Below, piece after piece: positions 41,305 through 50,520 of a DNA stretch of 64,000 nucleotides. Position 1 is the stretch's first letter, and every line of letters begins with the position of its first letter. Position numbers and translations under genes: made by a program. The DNA comes from Arenicellales bacterium (GTDB taxonomy: Bacteria > Pseudomonadota > Gammaproteobacteria > Arenicellales > JAHEKD01), in contig CBDCFC010000025.1 in NCBI GenBank assembly GCA_965215945.1, forward strand, positions 214,805 through 278,804, given 5' to 3'. The notes under the pieces are model-generated. The model had not been told where the DNA came from and made no database searches. It saw only the letters and a program-made list of their open reading frames with translations.

Positions 41305-41808
41305 ATGGAAAACAGACGAGAATTAGTTAAAAAAATAGCACTGGGAGTAACCTGGAGTACACCAGTTGTTCAGTCAATAGTTTTGCCTGCTCATGCGCAA
41401 ACATCTGTTACAACAACTCTAGCACCTACAACAACCTCAGCCCCAACGACTACCCCGGCCCCAACGACTACTCCGGCACCTACTACAACACCGGCTCCAG
41501 AATTATCGGTGTCTTGTGCTATGACAGTAGATCAATGTTTTATGCAAAGTGATACGGGTGTAAATTTAGTTGCTACAGTTACATCCAGTCCACCCGGAGG
41601 AATGATTTCAGGTGTCAACGTAACAGCAGATATTACTTTTAATGGTAATCCTCTGGCGACAGGAATCATGGCAACTACTGATGCCTCGGGTGTTGCGACA
41701 TTTGCCCAGCAGGTTGTTGTTCTGGATCCGGCCGGCCCGTTGGTAGCCAACGTTTCAATACCATCAGGAGCGATGAGCACCTGTAATGCTATGACGACAG
41801 GATGTTGA
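41305..41808 (+). CDS. secreted hypothetical protein with Pro/Thr-rich linker
   Basis: The N-terminus MENRRELVKKIALG...AHAQ resembles a Tat/Sec signal. It is followed by four 18-nt APTTTx repeats (41422-41499). Confidence 0.45.
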   Translation: MENRRELVKKIALGVTWSTPVVQSIVLPAHAQTSVTTTLAPTTTSAPTTTPAPTTTPAPTTTPAPELSVSCAMTVDQCFMQSDTGVNLVATVTSSPPGGMISGVNVTADITFNGNPLATGIMATTDASGVATFAQQVVVLDPAGPLVANVSIPSGAMSTCNAMTTGC

Positions 41809-41863
41809 TGCTACTAGTGTAGCTAGGAGAAACAATTCTCGTTTATCACAGACTGTTTGGAAG

Positions 41864-42736
41864 TTAACCGGCAGAAAGACTTAATAGCGTTTCCCGGGTT
41901 TGTTGTAGCCGATCAACCAAACTTTGTTTTTGCTTGTTGTCTAGACTAACGATAATGTCGGTAACAAGTTGCACGACAATTTCTTGATTATGTTGGTATT
42001 GCTCCAGATCGGCGAGCCTTATTTGATCTTGATAGATGCTGAGGTGGCCTTTGATCTTGGCGATAAAGTTCGATTCTTTCCTTTGCTGTAGGGTTTCAAT
42101 AAATTCGGCTTGCCAACGATTATAAATTTCATGTCGCTGGAGCGGCCTGCCTTTAATTCCAGCCAAGCCTTTTCTGATTATTTGCTGTTGTTCGTCATTA
42201 AGATTTATACCAGCAAATCGCTTGGTGTTCTGAACAATCCGCTTAAGCCTGGCGTCGTCACCACTCGTCAGTGGTTCTTGATACCACTTTTGAAACTCTT
42301 CATTTTGTTCTGAAAAATGATTTTCAATTTCATCGACTTGTTGATTGGATAAGTTTTTTAAAAAATCAGCCGAATCATAAAAAGGAGAATGTTCAAAACT
42401 AGTTTTTGCAAATCCCCGGGCTTTGTCGAAATTAGCCAAAACAGTTTTGGTTGTTATATTTGCCGATGAAATTTGATTACTAATCTCATCGAGAAAGGTT
42501 ATATACCGAGGCAACTCATTTTGCTGATGCCACTGTTTATATTCATCCACAGATTGCTTTATTTGTGCTTTTTGAGCCTCAGTGAACGACGCATAAGCAA
42601 GAATTCGATCATACAATTTGTCATCCATTTCGCCATAAAAGTAGCGAATTAACAGCCCATTAGTGCCACAACCTACTAAAATCTGTGTAACCAGAATTAG
42701 CAAGAGTGTAATTTCGATTTTTCGTCTGTTGCTCAT
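41864..42736 (-). CDS. hypothetical lipoprotein
   Basis: 290 aa with the lipobox ILVGCG. The remainder looks helix-rich. Confidence 0.5.
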   Translation of the reverse strand: MSNRRKIEITLLLILVTQILVGCGTNGLLIRYFYGEMDDKLYDRILAYASFTEAQKAQIKQSVDEYKQWHQQNELPRYITFLDEISNQISSANITTKTVLANFDKARGFAKTSFEHSPFYDSADFLKNLSNQQVDEIENHFSEQNEEFQKWYQEPLTSGDDARLKRIVQNTKRFAGINLNDEQQQIIRKGLAGIKGRPLQRHEIYNRWQAEFIETLQQRKESNFIAKIKGHLSIYQDQIRLADLEQYQHNQEIVVQLVTDIIVSLDNKQKQSLVDRLQQTRETLLSLSAG

Positions 42737-42854
42737 ATAGCCTAAATTGGTTATGTGACTATTTTAGTCAAGCCATTGAAGAATCAGTTGTGTATTTTGA
42801 CTAAAACAATTAGCAATAAATACATGAGACTATCATGGACTTAATTAGAGGTTC

Positions 42855-42889
42855 CTTAAATAAGAAAGGCATGGTCGTAAGACCATGCC
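42855..42889 (-). terminator. rho-independent terminator candidate for the gene at 43072-43692
   Basis: GGCATGGTC-GTAA-GACCATGCC 9-bp stem (42868-42889). On the minus strand it is followed by TTTCTTATTT. Confidence 0.45.
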
Positions 42890-43071
42890 GATCACACAGA
42901 GAGGAGAGAAACGTTAACGAAACGACTTTCGGTTCATCAACAGTGCTAATTTTATACCAAGCTCTCTTTTCTAACTGTTAATAATAGTTACATGAGGATG
43001 AGATAAAGATCGAGTTGGCTGTGAAGATTTGATAATATGGGGACCTGTAAAAATGAAATTGAATAGTTTAG

Positions 43072-43692
43072 TCAGCTATTAAGGTTCATCATTAAAAATC
43101 CCCCAAAAGCGGCATTATTTGGCGCGATTGATTTATCGACCTTGGCTCTCATCTCGGCGATGGCATCTCGATATTTTTGATAAAACTCCCAGGTTGGAGC
43201 AGGTTTGTAAGCTAGATCTTCGAGTTCAAAATATTGGATCACTCCCTTGGCGGTTGTTGGTTTAACAAAAACTTCTTTATCAGGGTGGTAGTAATTCGGA
43301 ATTATTGTTACCAATGACCATTTTGCCAACTTGATCGGCTTGAGAACATCGACCATTGTTTCAAATCCTCTTTGTTGATTGCCATGTAAAAAATTTTTTA
43401 AACCAGAGCTAAGCAGCTTGGTATCCTTTTCAGAAAATCCCTTGGTCGCATCGCGGAATTTAGGTTTTTCAAACATCGAAACCATCGAGGAGCGGCTGAT
43501 TATCTTAACCATGTTTTCGGCAATTGTCTGGGGATCCCGAAATCGGTTTTTGGAAAAGCTCTCCTGCGCCAATGCAATCATCTGCTCCATTTTGTGCTTC
43601 TTGCCCAGCGCTTGAAGATCGGGGTGCATAAATCCTTCCGGGTATTTATCCAAAAACTGAGTTTCAGCCTGTTTTAGTTTGGCAAGATTCAT
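43072..43692 (-). CDS. hypothetical protein
   Basis: A clean 206-aa ORF. I recognise no family. Confidence 0.5.
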   Translation of the reverse strand: MNLAKLKQAETQFLDKYPEGFMHPDLQALGKKHKMEQMIALAQESFSKNRFRDPQTIAENMVKIISRSSMVSMFEKPKFRDATKGFSEKDTKLLSSGLKNFLHGNQQRGFETMVDVLKPIKLAKWSLVTIIPNYYHPDKEVFVKPTTAKGVIQYFELEDLAYKPAPTWEFYQKYRDAIAEMRAKVDKSIAPNNAAFGGFLMMNLNS

Positions 43693-43769
43693 TGACGTGT
43701 TAATACAATGCTAAAAACGTAAATAGTAGCATACCTGCCGGATAAACCATTTAAACGATGGTGTGCATG

Positions 43770-43794
43770 ATATATTTCGAATATTCTAGAAATA
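43770..43794. promoter_or_regulatory. candidate ArsR/SmtB operator, copy 1
   Basis: ATATATTTCGAATATTCTAGAAATA contains the dyad TATTTC-N10-GAAATA. It is immediately upstream of TTGACA (43798-43803), 17 nt, TAGATT (43821-43826). Confidence 0.4.
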
Positions 43795-43832
43795 TAGTTG
43801 ACAATGATAAATAACTGCGCTAGATTCAAATT

Positions 43833-44144
43833 GTGAAATTAACTAACGAACAAGCAGCAGATATTTTCGCCCAATTGGGCAATGACACTCGATTGTGCAT
43901 TATCAAGATTTTGGTGGAAGCAGGTGATGATGGATTGAGAGTAGGTGAGATTCAAAAGGAGCTTAATATTCCCGGTTCAACCTTGTCGCACCATTTATTG
44001 CATTTGCGCAATGTGGGTTTAATTGAACAGTGCCGGGTGGGTAGTGCTTTAGTTTGTTCGGTGAATTATGAGAAGCTTAACCAATCAATTGATTATCTCA
44101 AAGCCGAGTGTTGTATTCGTGTTGATATGAAAAAAGTGGGTTGA
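43833..44144 (+). CDS. ArsR/SmtB-family metalloregulator
   Basis: 103 aa with FAQLGNDTRLCIIKIL and the winged-HTH segment GEIQKELNIPGSTLSHHLLHLRNVGLI. GTG start. Confidence 0.8.
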   Translation: MKLTNEQAADIFAQLGNDTRLCIIKILVEAGDDGLRVGEIQKELNIPGSTLSHHLLHLRNVGLIEQCRVGSALVCSVNYEKLNQSIDYLKAECCIRVDMKKVG

Positions 44145-44156
44145 GTTTTTTTGAGT

Positions 44157-44181
44157 ATATATTTGGATAATTCTAGAAATA
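44157..44181. promoter_or_regulatory. candidate ArsR/SmtB operator, copy 2
   Basis: ATATATTTGGATAATTCTAGAAATA is 22/25 identical to copy 1. It lies between the regulator and the permease gene. Confidence 0.4.
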
Positions 44182-44200
44182 AAGTATTAAGAAACCGATC

Positions 44201-45250
44201 ATGAGTGTCAAAACATTAATCTCGGCAGCAGGTTTAAACCCTTTTGGGTTTAAACCGGATAAAGTAATTTTAGCTTTGTTGCTGGCGCTGTTAGCTCTGG
44301 GCCTGATTAATCCGGCTCAGGCCGTCGCCAGTCTGAAGTTTATTGCCGACGCAATTATAAGTATTGCGCCATTTTTCTTGCTCGCCGTTAGCCTGGCGGC
44401 GGCAATTAAAGCCAGCGGTGCCGATAAAATAGTGGCTCAGGTATTTTCCGGTCATCCGCTTAAGACGATTGTTATTGCTTCAGTTTTTGGGGCGTTGTCG
44501 CCGTTTTGTTCTTGTGGTGTGATTCCTTTAATCGCGTCTTTACTGGCAGCGGGTGTGCCGCTGGCGCCGGTGATGTCGTTCTGGATTGCATCTCCGGTAA
44601 TGGATCCGGAGATGTTTATTCTTACCGCTGCGGGTATCAGTTTTGATTTTGCTTTAGCCAAAGCAGTTTTTGCTATTTGTTTAGGTTTGTTTGCCGGAAT
44701 TACGGTGCTTTTGGTTCAACGAACAGGTTTAATGCAAAATGTCTTGCTTAATCAACAACCCGGAGGTTGTGGTTCCAGCTGTAGTTCAGTTGAAAACGCT
44801 TCTGTGCAGTTTAAATTCTGGAGTGACCCTGCCCGTGTGGCCTTATTCAAAGATGAATTTATCTCTATTAGCCTGTTTCTCGGCAAATGGCTAGCATTGG
44901 CTTTTTTCATCGAAAGCTTGATGGTGGCCTATATTAATCCACAGTGGGTACAAACTTACATCGGTGGCGATGAGGCCTATGTTATTCCGCTGGCAGCATT
45001 AATTGGTATGCCGTCATACCTTAATGGCTATGCGGCAATACCATTGGTCGGTGGTCTAATGGACATGGGTATGTCTGCCGGCGCGGCAATGGCCTTTATG
45101 CTAACCGGCGCCGTTTCTTCCATACCGGCAGCCATCGCCGTTTATGCACTGGTTCGAAAAACCATATTTATGTTCTACTTGTTGATCGGTTTAACCGGTT
45201 CGATTGTATTTGGCTATATTTACCAGTTTTTGATTGCTAATGTGATTTGA
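44201..45250 (+). CDS. permease of the UPF0718/YraQ (ArsP-like) family
   Basis: 349 aa, polytopic, with the SPFCSCGVIPL vicinal-cysteine motif. Confidence 0.7.
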   Translation: MSVKTLISAAGLNPFGFKPDKVILALLLALLALGLINPAQAVASLKFIADAIISIAPFFLLAVSLAAAIKASGADKIVAQVFSGHPLKTIVIASVFGALSPFCSCGVIPLIASLLAAGVPLAPVMSFWIASPVMDPEMFILTAAGISFDFALAKAVFAICLGLFAGITVLLVQRTGLMQNVLLNQQPGGCGSSCSSVENASVQFKFWSDPARVALFKDEFISISLFLGKWLALAFFIESLMVAYINPQWVQTYIGGDEAYVIPLAALIGMPSYLNGYAAIPLVGGLMDMGMSAGAAMAFMLTGAVSSIPAAIAVYALVRKTIFMFYLLIGLTGSIVFGYIYQFLIANVI

Positions 45251-45292
45251 ACTATTGTTACTGGCTTGTCAGCGATATGATGGTTGATTCAC

Positions 45293-47050
45293 TTAAATCG
45301 ATAAAACTCGTCCGTTTCGTATATTAATTTTCTCGCCGCTAAATCGAGTTAGATAGAATCCATCAAAGTCGACTAATCTGGAATGATCTTGCAGCATGGA
45401 GACCGCCATCTGTTCACCGGCCTTAAGTCCCTGGATGCCATCCTGGCGGTAGTGGACACCGGCGGCATTGCGGCCGATTGAAATATTGTTGGCGAGTTTG
45501 TTGATTTCACCGCCAATGGTCAGGTCAGGGCCAAAATAAGGTTCCAGCGCTGTGCCGGTATCGTTGGTGGTGACGGGTTCCGGGAATACGAAATCTTCAT
45601 TAAACATCGCTTTTAATACCGTAGAGCATGCCCCGGCCACACAGGCATGACCGGCCGGATAAGATGGGTGCGTGGGGGAACCTTCGGTAAAGGCCTGTGG
45701 CAACAAGAAGCTGCCGTTTTGATTATAAATAAGCCTGAGTGCATCGCAGTTAAGGATTTCGTCATGGAGTTCGTATGAGCGTTGACCATTAATATGAAAA
45801 TGGATCCGGCCGGCAAAAACTTCGGGTCTTAAATACCGGTGTGCAACCCACTTTTGATACCATGCGGCACACAAACTCAGATTTGCCGCACGCGAGACTA
45901 AATCCAGAATATAGGCAACACCGAAAGAGGTAAACGGCACTCGATTTTTATTGCCCAAATGGTATGGATTGCCGGGGTTTAACGCTTCACGACCAAACTC
46001 CAATAAAATCAATGCCGCCTGACAATAAGCCTGATAGGGTAGGTCACGGTGCACATATTCACCCAGTGAACGATGGTTAAAAATATATCGGGGCTGACTT
46101 TCAAACTGAATTTGTTCTAGTGGCTGTGCGCCTTGCTGCACATTTAACCAGTTAGCCACACTGGTCATAAAATCAATTGCCGGCCAGAGGAGTTTGATAT
46201 TGTTGCTCAATAATAGTAGGGCCCCCAGGGTACAATTTGCCATAACAACTGGCTGATGTATGGGCCAACCAGATCGCCATCGGTTTCACCGCGAAACAGA
46301 GTTTGGCTGCTGATTTGACCATTAATTTTAGGTCCCGGCACTACGCTGAATGCGTTCAAATCAGTCACGGCAGCACCGACTTCAGGGGCAGATGCATATT
46401 GTCGGTAGGGTAAATCTCGCAGTAGCGCTTGCCAGTAAAGTTCTCCCATTTCACTGGCTAGCGAGCTGCTTCGAAAAGTATGGGCCGGGTCAATTCGTGT
46501 TGCATTGCTATCAAGGGCCTCGATTGAATACATATAGGCCGCTTCTGGGTTTACCAGCCCGCGTTGTGAATGTTGAGATAAACGGATGGCTTCAAAATCC
46601 CTTTCTCGACCTGTTCGCATCGCTTTAACCAGTTGCTCAAACGCCGCACTTTTGACCTCACCAAATTGATTGTGAGGCAATGCCTTGGTATAGCTTGCAT
46701 AATAATGCTGATCAGCATAACGTTCTTCATCGCCATTAGTGCTTTGAGCGGGCACGTGCGTTTGCCTGGCGCCACTGTTCCAGCATGGCATCAAAGCGTT
46801 TTCTGAGCGTGATGAAATACCTTCGCTTGTTTGTATCTCTAATCTTTCTGAAGTGATTTTTGTAATTATAATTGTAGGCATAAGCATTGTTGCTGGAGTC
46901 GGAAACAGGCGTCAAGACACCAGTAGTTGCGGCCCCTGCAAAAACACCTGCTTTTAAAAATTTTCGTCTGGAGCTGTTTGTTTGATCACGATTGGATGGA
47001 TATGCTTTAGTTTTAAGTCGTGGCAATAAATTGCGGCAATAATTTATCAT
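45293..47050 (-). pseudogene. vanadium-dependent haloperoxidase / PAP2-like protein with Tat signal, split over three frames
   Basis: The Tat motif SRRKFLKAG is in frame A (46736-47050). NGDEERY...TKALPH is in frame B (46207-46887). HPSYPAGHA and GRNAAGVHYRQD active-site motifs are in frame C (45293-46243). Confidence 0.65.
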
Positions 47051-47283
47051 CTTACTTTGTCCCTATTTTTATTTGGTTAAGGTTTTCGTTTTAGAACTGG
47101 CAGATTAGGGCGAGTTTTTGATTCATTGTCCTCAAGCTGCACTGTCAATCATTTTATAATTATTATTTAGTATTATTTTACTTTTAGCTAAAGAGTCTAG
47201 ACAAGCACGAATAAAATTTCTGTGAAACAATTCACACTGGCCTTGTCGAATAAAACTGCTCTGAGCTGGATGCAGTATTCCGA

Positions 47284-49023
47284 CTAGCTGTTTAAGTTTT
47301 TTTCAATGGCATCCAGAAAACCATACATATCGACAATTTTTTCTGATTCAGGATTCGTGGTTTTGCCTTTAATATCCGGAGTAACGGTGCCCTGGTCAAC
47401 CGTATCGATCAATGCGGTTTTTAAAGCGTTTGAATAATCAACCAGTGGTTGGTTATCCTCTCGCTTGCCCAAAGTTTCCAGTGCATTAGCGACGGCATAG
47501 ATTAAAGCCGATGAATTAAAGTGTGCCTGTTTGCCATCGGACTCAAGATAACGTAAATAAAGATCATGCGCTGTGCCGTGCGGCGCCTCATAGAGCATGG
47601 TGCCATCTTTACTCTCGATAATCGAGCTGGCAGTGGCCAGACTGCCGCCCAGCGCCGCTGAAATATCGGAGAAAATATCGCCGTCCAGGTTCTGAGCTGG
47701 GTACAGGGCATTGCGCGGCGGATCGGTAATCATTTTTCTAAGTTGTTTAGACGGACGCATAATCATAAATGAGGGAGGTGGTGTAGCTGCTTTTGCAAGT
47801 TTTTGACGTACCTCATGAATTGCATAACTAAATACCTCATCGTATTCCATGTATTCACGCTTTAAACCGAAATAGACTTCTTTATTTTTGATGGAAGCAT
47901 CGCGAAACACCTGGGTGATCCAGTCGGTGATTGCTTCCAGATCGTTAGACATAAACAGCAGCGGGTCGCCTTTTTTGACTTCACGTGCGTGTTTTTCTTC
48001 GCCGTCTACGATGATTTTTATGATTCCATCTTCTTCCATCGGTGCGTTGTAGCTGCCATATTGATCACCGCCGCCGGCGCTCATGCGCGAAATAGAGACG
48101 TGATACTTGCGTGTGGGAATGCCGTATTTTTTTAATTCCTCGACCAGTTTGAATAACTTGCGACCGGTGTTGTTGTCGGGCACGCCCCACAACGCGCGCT
48201 CGGGAGGATTGGCAACAATCCGAGCGGCTTGGGCATCGATTAATCCATAATAGTATGAAAGTCCAGCTTGCTCGACTTTATCTTTATAGTCAGATTCATA
48301 AATATCTTCAATGGCTTTGCGCATGGTGCCGTCATAACCAGCGATGACTGTATCTTTCAAGCCCAGATAAATATCCCGTTTTTCACTAATTGCGCGCTTA
48401 AAGAAATGATGGGCCCAAGCTTTGACTTCTTCAATGCTGTTAGTAGCCAGTAACCAAGGGTCGCCGCGCTTGATAAAGCGTCGATGAAGTTCTACCGGAT
48501 CACCGCTGGGGCCCACAAACATGACTTTGGCTACACCGGTGGATTTGGATAACTGGTTAAAACTGTCCTTGATACCACCGCTTTCCATGGTATCGACTTC
48601 GATGTCACGACCTACCCAGCCCGGGCGCTTGACTTCAAGATTACGAAACTCAATATCCTCGCGGGTAATATTGCCACCGATACCTTTGCGGATGGCCCCG
48701 TTAGGCGATTTAGTGGCTAACCGATGTAAATCATCTTCCTTAATTGACGGATGTTTGGCTAGTAGCTCGTCTAATTGTTCACGATTTACAGTCATTCCCG
48801 CATTTTTGATGCCAACACCATGTTCTTTCAAAGCATCTATTGCATTCAGAACGGCCTGGCCGTTGGTAAGTAGACGATTTTCAGCCGTTAGATCAATTTC
48901 GACTAAATTAATATCAAGCCGATTGGTAATGAATTGCTCAATGATTCGTGTAAACGCGATTTGCGCCATTTCATCACCGTGCAGAATGACTAACGGTTTT
49001 TCAACTGCAATCTTTTCGCCCAT
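47284..49023 (-). CDS. isocitrate dehydrogenase-family protein (eukaryote-like type) with internal duplication
   Basis: Start set at MGEKIAV (ATG 49021-49023, GGAGA Shine-Dalgarno). It has HGDEM, KSPNGAIRKGIGGNITRE, GGGDQYG and NLDGDIFSD...EAPHGTAHD motifs. At 579 aa it is longer than the roughly 410 aa that is usual. Confidence 0.7.
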   Translation of the reverse strand: MGEKIAVEKPLVILHGDEMAQIAFTRIIEQFITNRLDINLVEIDLTAENRLLTNGQAVLNAIDALKEHGVGIKNAGMTVNREQLDELLAKHPSIKEDDLHRLATKSPNGAIRKGIGGNITREDIEFRNLEVKRPGWVGRDIEVDTMESGGIKDSFNQLSKSTGVAKVMFVGPSGDPVELHRRFIKRGDPWLLATNSIEEVKAWAHHFFKRAISEKRDIYLGLKDTVIAGYDGTMRKAIEDIYESDYKDKVEQAGLSYYYGLIDAQAARIVANPPERALWGVPDNNTGRKLFKLVEELKKYGIPTRKYHVSISRMSAGGGDQYGSYNAPMEEDGIIKIIVDGEEKHAREVKKGDPLLFMSNDLEAITDWITQVFRDASIKNKEVYFGLKREYMEYDEVFSYAIHEVRQKLAKAATPPPSFMIMRPSKQLRKMITDPPRNALYPAQNLDGDIFSDISAALGGSLATASSIIESKDGTMLYEAPHGTAHDLYLRYLESDGKQAHFNSSALIYAVANALETLGKREDNQPLVDYSNALKTALIDTVDQGTVTPDIKGKTTNPESEKIVDMYGFLDAIEKNLNS

Positions 49024-49168
49024 GAATTCTCCGCGAATGTTATGTGAATATCTTGGGGCTAGTTTAGTGGAAAACACCCCGGAATTAAAACAGGGCTGTA
49101 GTTTTTGCTTAATCGATTCGTTGGATAATAGTATGCTCTTAGTTATCCATCTGCATTATAGTTTTTAA

Positions 49169-49594
49169 ATGTATAAAATATTGTTAATAGTAGTGAGTAA
49201 TTTTTTCATTAGCGTTCAGGCAGGGCCAATAATTTCGATTCCGCCAGGTCAGTATCAAATGATCAGTAAAACATTATTACCGCATCTTGAAGAAAATTTA
49301 AGCAATACGATTAAAAAAGAAATTCGTTGTTTGGGTCACGTGGAAATAAACACACTGTTTCCAATTCTAGAGCACTCGTCATTCAATCAGTGTGACTTGT
49401 TCCAGTTAAAAACCGAGATGAATTCTTATGAGCTACGATGTGAAAATACGGGTGCAGCTTCTGGCAATGCTGTTATGCTGATTGATGAGAACCAATTTTT
49501 GGCACGGCTGAATATAAAAATGGGTGCAAAAAATATGACGATGACTCAAAGGGTTGAGGCTAAAAAATTATCAGACTGCGATTCCAACAGTTAA
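49169..49594 (+). CDS. hypothetical secreted protein
   Basis: 141 aa with an N-terminal signal-like hydrophobic segment. Family uncertain. Confidence 0.45.
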   Translation: MYKILLIVVSNFFISVQAGPIISIPPGQYQMISKTLLPHLEENLSNTIKKEIRCLGHVEINTLFPILEHSSFNQCDLFQLKTEMNSYELRCENTGAASGNAVMLIDENQFLARLNIKMGAKNMTMTQRVEAKKLSDCDSNS

Positions 49595-49604
49595 GTATAT
49601 GAAG

Positions 49605-50015
49605 TCAGTGCTGTCCCATTAAAGTCATGAGATTAAAGTGTAAGCTCCTGTAAATCAAAGGATAAACAGAGAAATACCAGAATGAGACATGCATCAGAGA
49701 AATCCCAGCATCATTCCGGAACCGCCACAGGTGGTATCCGGACGAAGTGCCCTTTGGGTGATCCAGGGGCATTTATTTGAAAACAAATATATCAGAGATC
49801 AATGACCTGATTCAAGCGCACGCCGTAACGGGCTTGTGTCGGGACAATCAGGTTTTTGCAATCCCGGCCCTGTCAGGCCAACGATACATTTCATTGCCTG
49901 TTTTAACTTTCATCTTGAACAAGATGGTACTGACTGAAAGAATTGATGACAGAGATGCCGCTGGATGCCGGATCGAGTCCGGCATGACGAAATAATGTTA
50001 ACAGGACAGCACTGA
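49605..50015. mobile_element. 411-bp MITE-like non-autonomous element
   Basis: Terminal inverted repeats TCAGTGCTGTCC (49605-49616) and GGACAGCACTGA (50004-50015). Perfect 7-bp direct repeat TATGAAG at 49598-49604 and 50016-50022. No credible CDS inside. Confidence 0.6.
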
Positions 50016-50016
50016 T

Positions 50017-50520
50017 ATGAAGTATAAACTCAAACAAGGTACAGCAAAAAAACTACGCGAACAGTATTACTTGATTATGTTGTTTTGGGTGGTTATCTGG
50101 ATGTTGATGGCTGCCTTATTTTATGCCGATGAAAATAGACAGACATTTTTAATCTACTTGGCTGGATCGGTTCTGTTAATACCGTTTTTGTATATAAGGA
50201 AAATAAAACCATACCTCAACAATTTGACCGACAATGTTAGTAACGCGTACCTGGAGTTTGTTGATAATAAAATTATCTTTAATCACTTTGAGAATTTAAA
50301 AAAATTCGGCCAGGAGAAAATCGAATTCGATATTGCAGATATAGTTAACCTTAAAAAAGCATTTCGAAAAGATGATTCTGTCAACAAGGTGACGCTGACT
50401 CTTAAAAACAAATCAAAAATCACGCTCGAAGATTTTGAAAATATGACAGATTTGCTGGAAGCAATTTTTTCAAAATCAGAAGTGATTCATGGTCAAGCGA
50501 CAGGTTCTAATTCGGAATAA
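50017..50520 (+). CDS. hypothetical membrane protein (two TM helices plus a bacterial PH-like C-terminal domain)
   Basis: 167 aa. Its ATG lies inside the right-hand copy of the MITE target-site duplication. Confidence 0.5.
   Translation: MKYKLKQGTAKKLREQYYLIMLFWVVIWMLMAALFYADENRQTFLIYLAGSVLLIPFLYIRKIKPYLNNLTDNVSNAYLEFVDNKIIFNHFENLKKFGQEKIEFDIADIVNLKKAFRKDDSVNKVTLTLKNKSKITLEDFENMTDLLEAIFSKSEVIHGQATGSNSE

Noticed and set aside
49777-49995. A 72-aa ORF inside the MITE, and the two mutually antisense ORFs 20221-20418 and 20247-20441 inside the inverted-repeat-bounded element.
   Set aside because: They are composed largely of palindromic repeat modules, lack ribosome-binding sites, and in the second case overlap each other on opposite strands. 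They are more likely non-coding.
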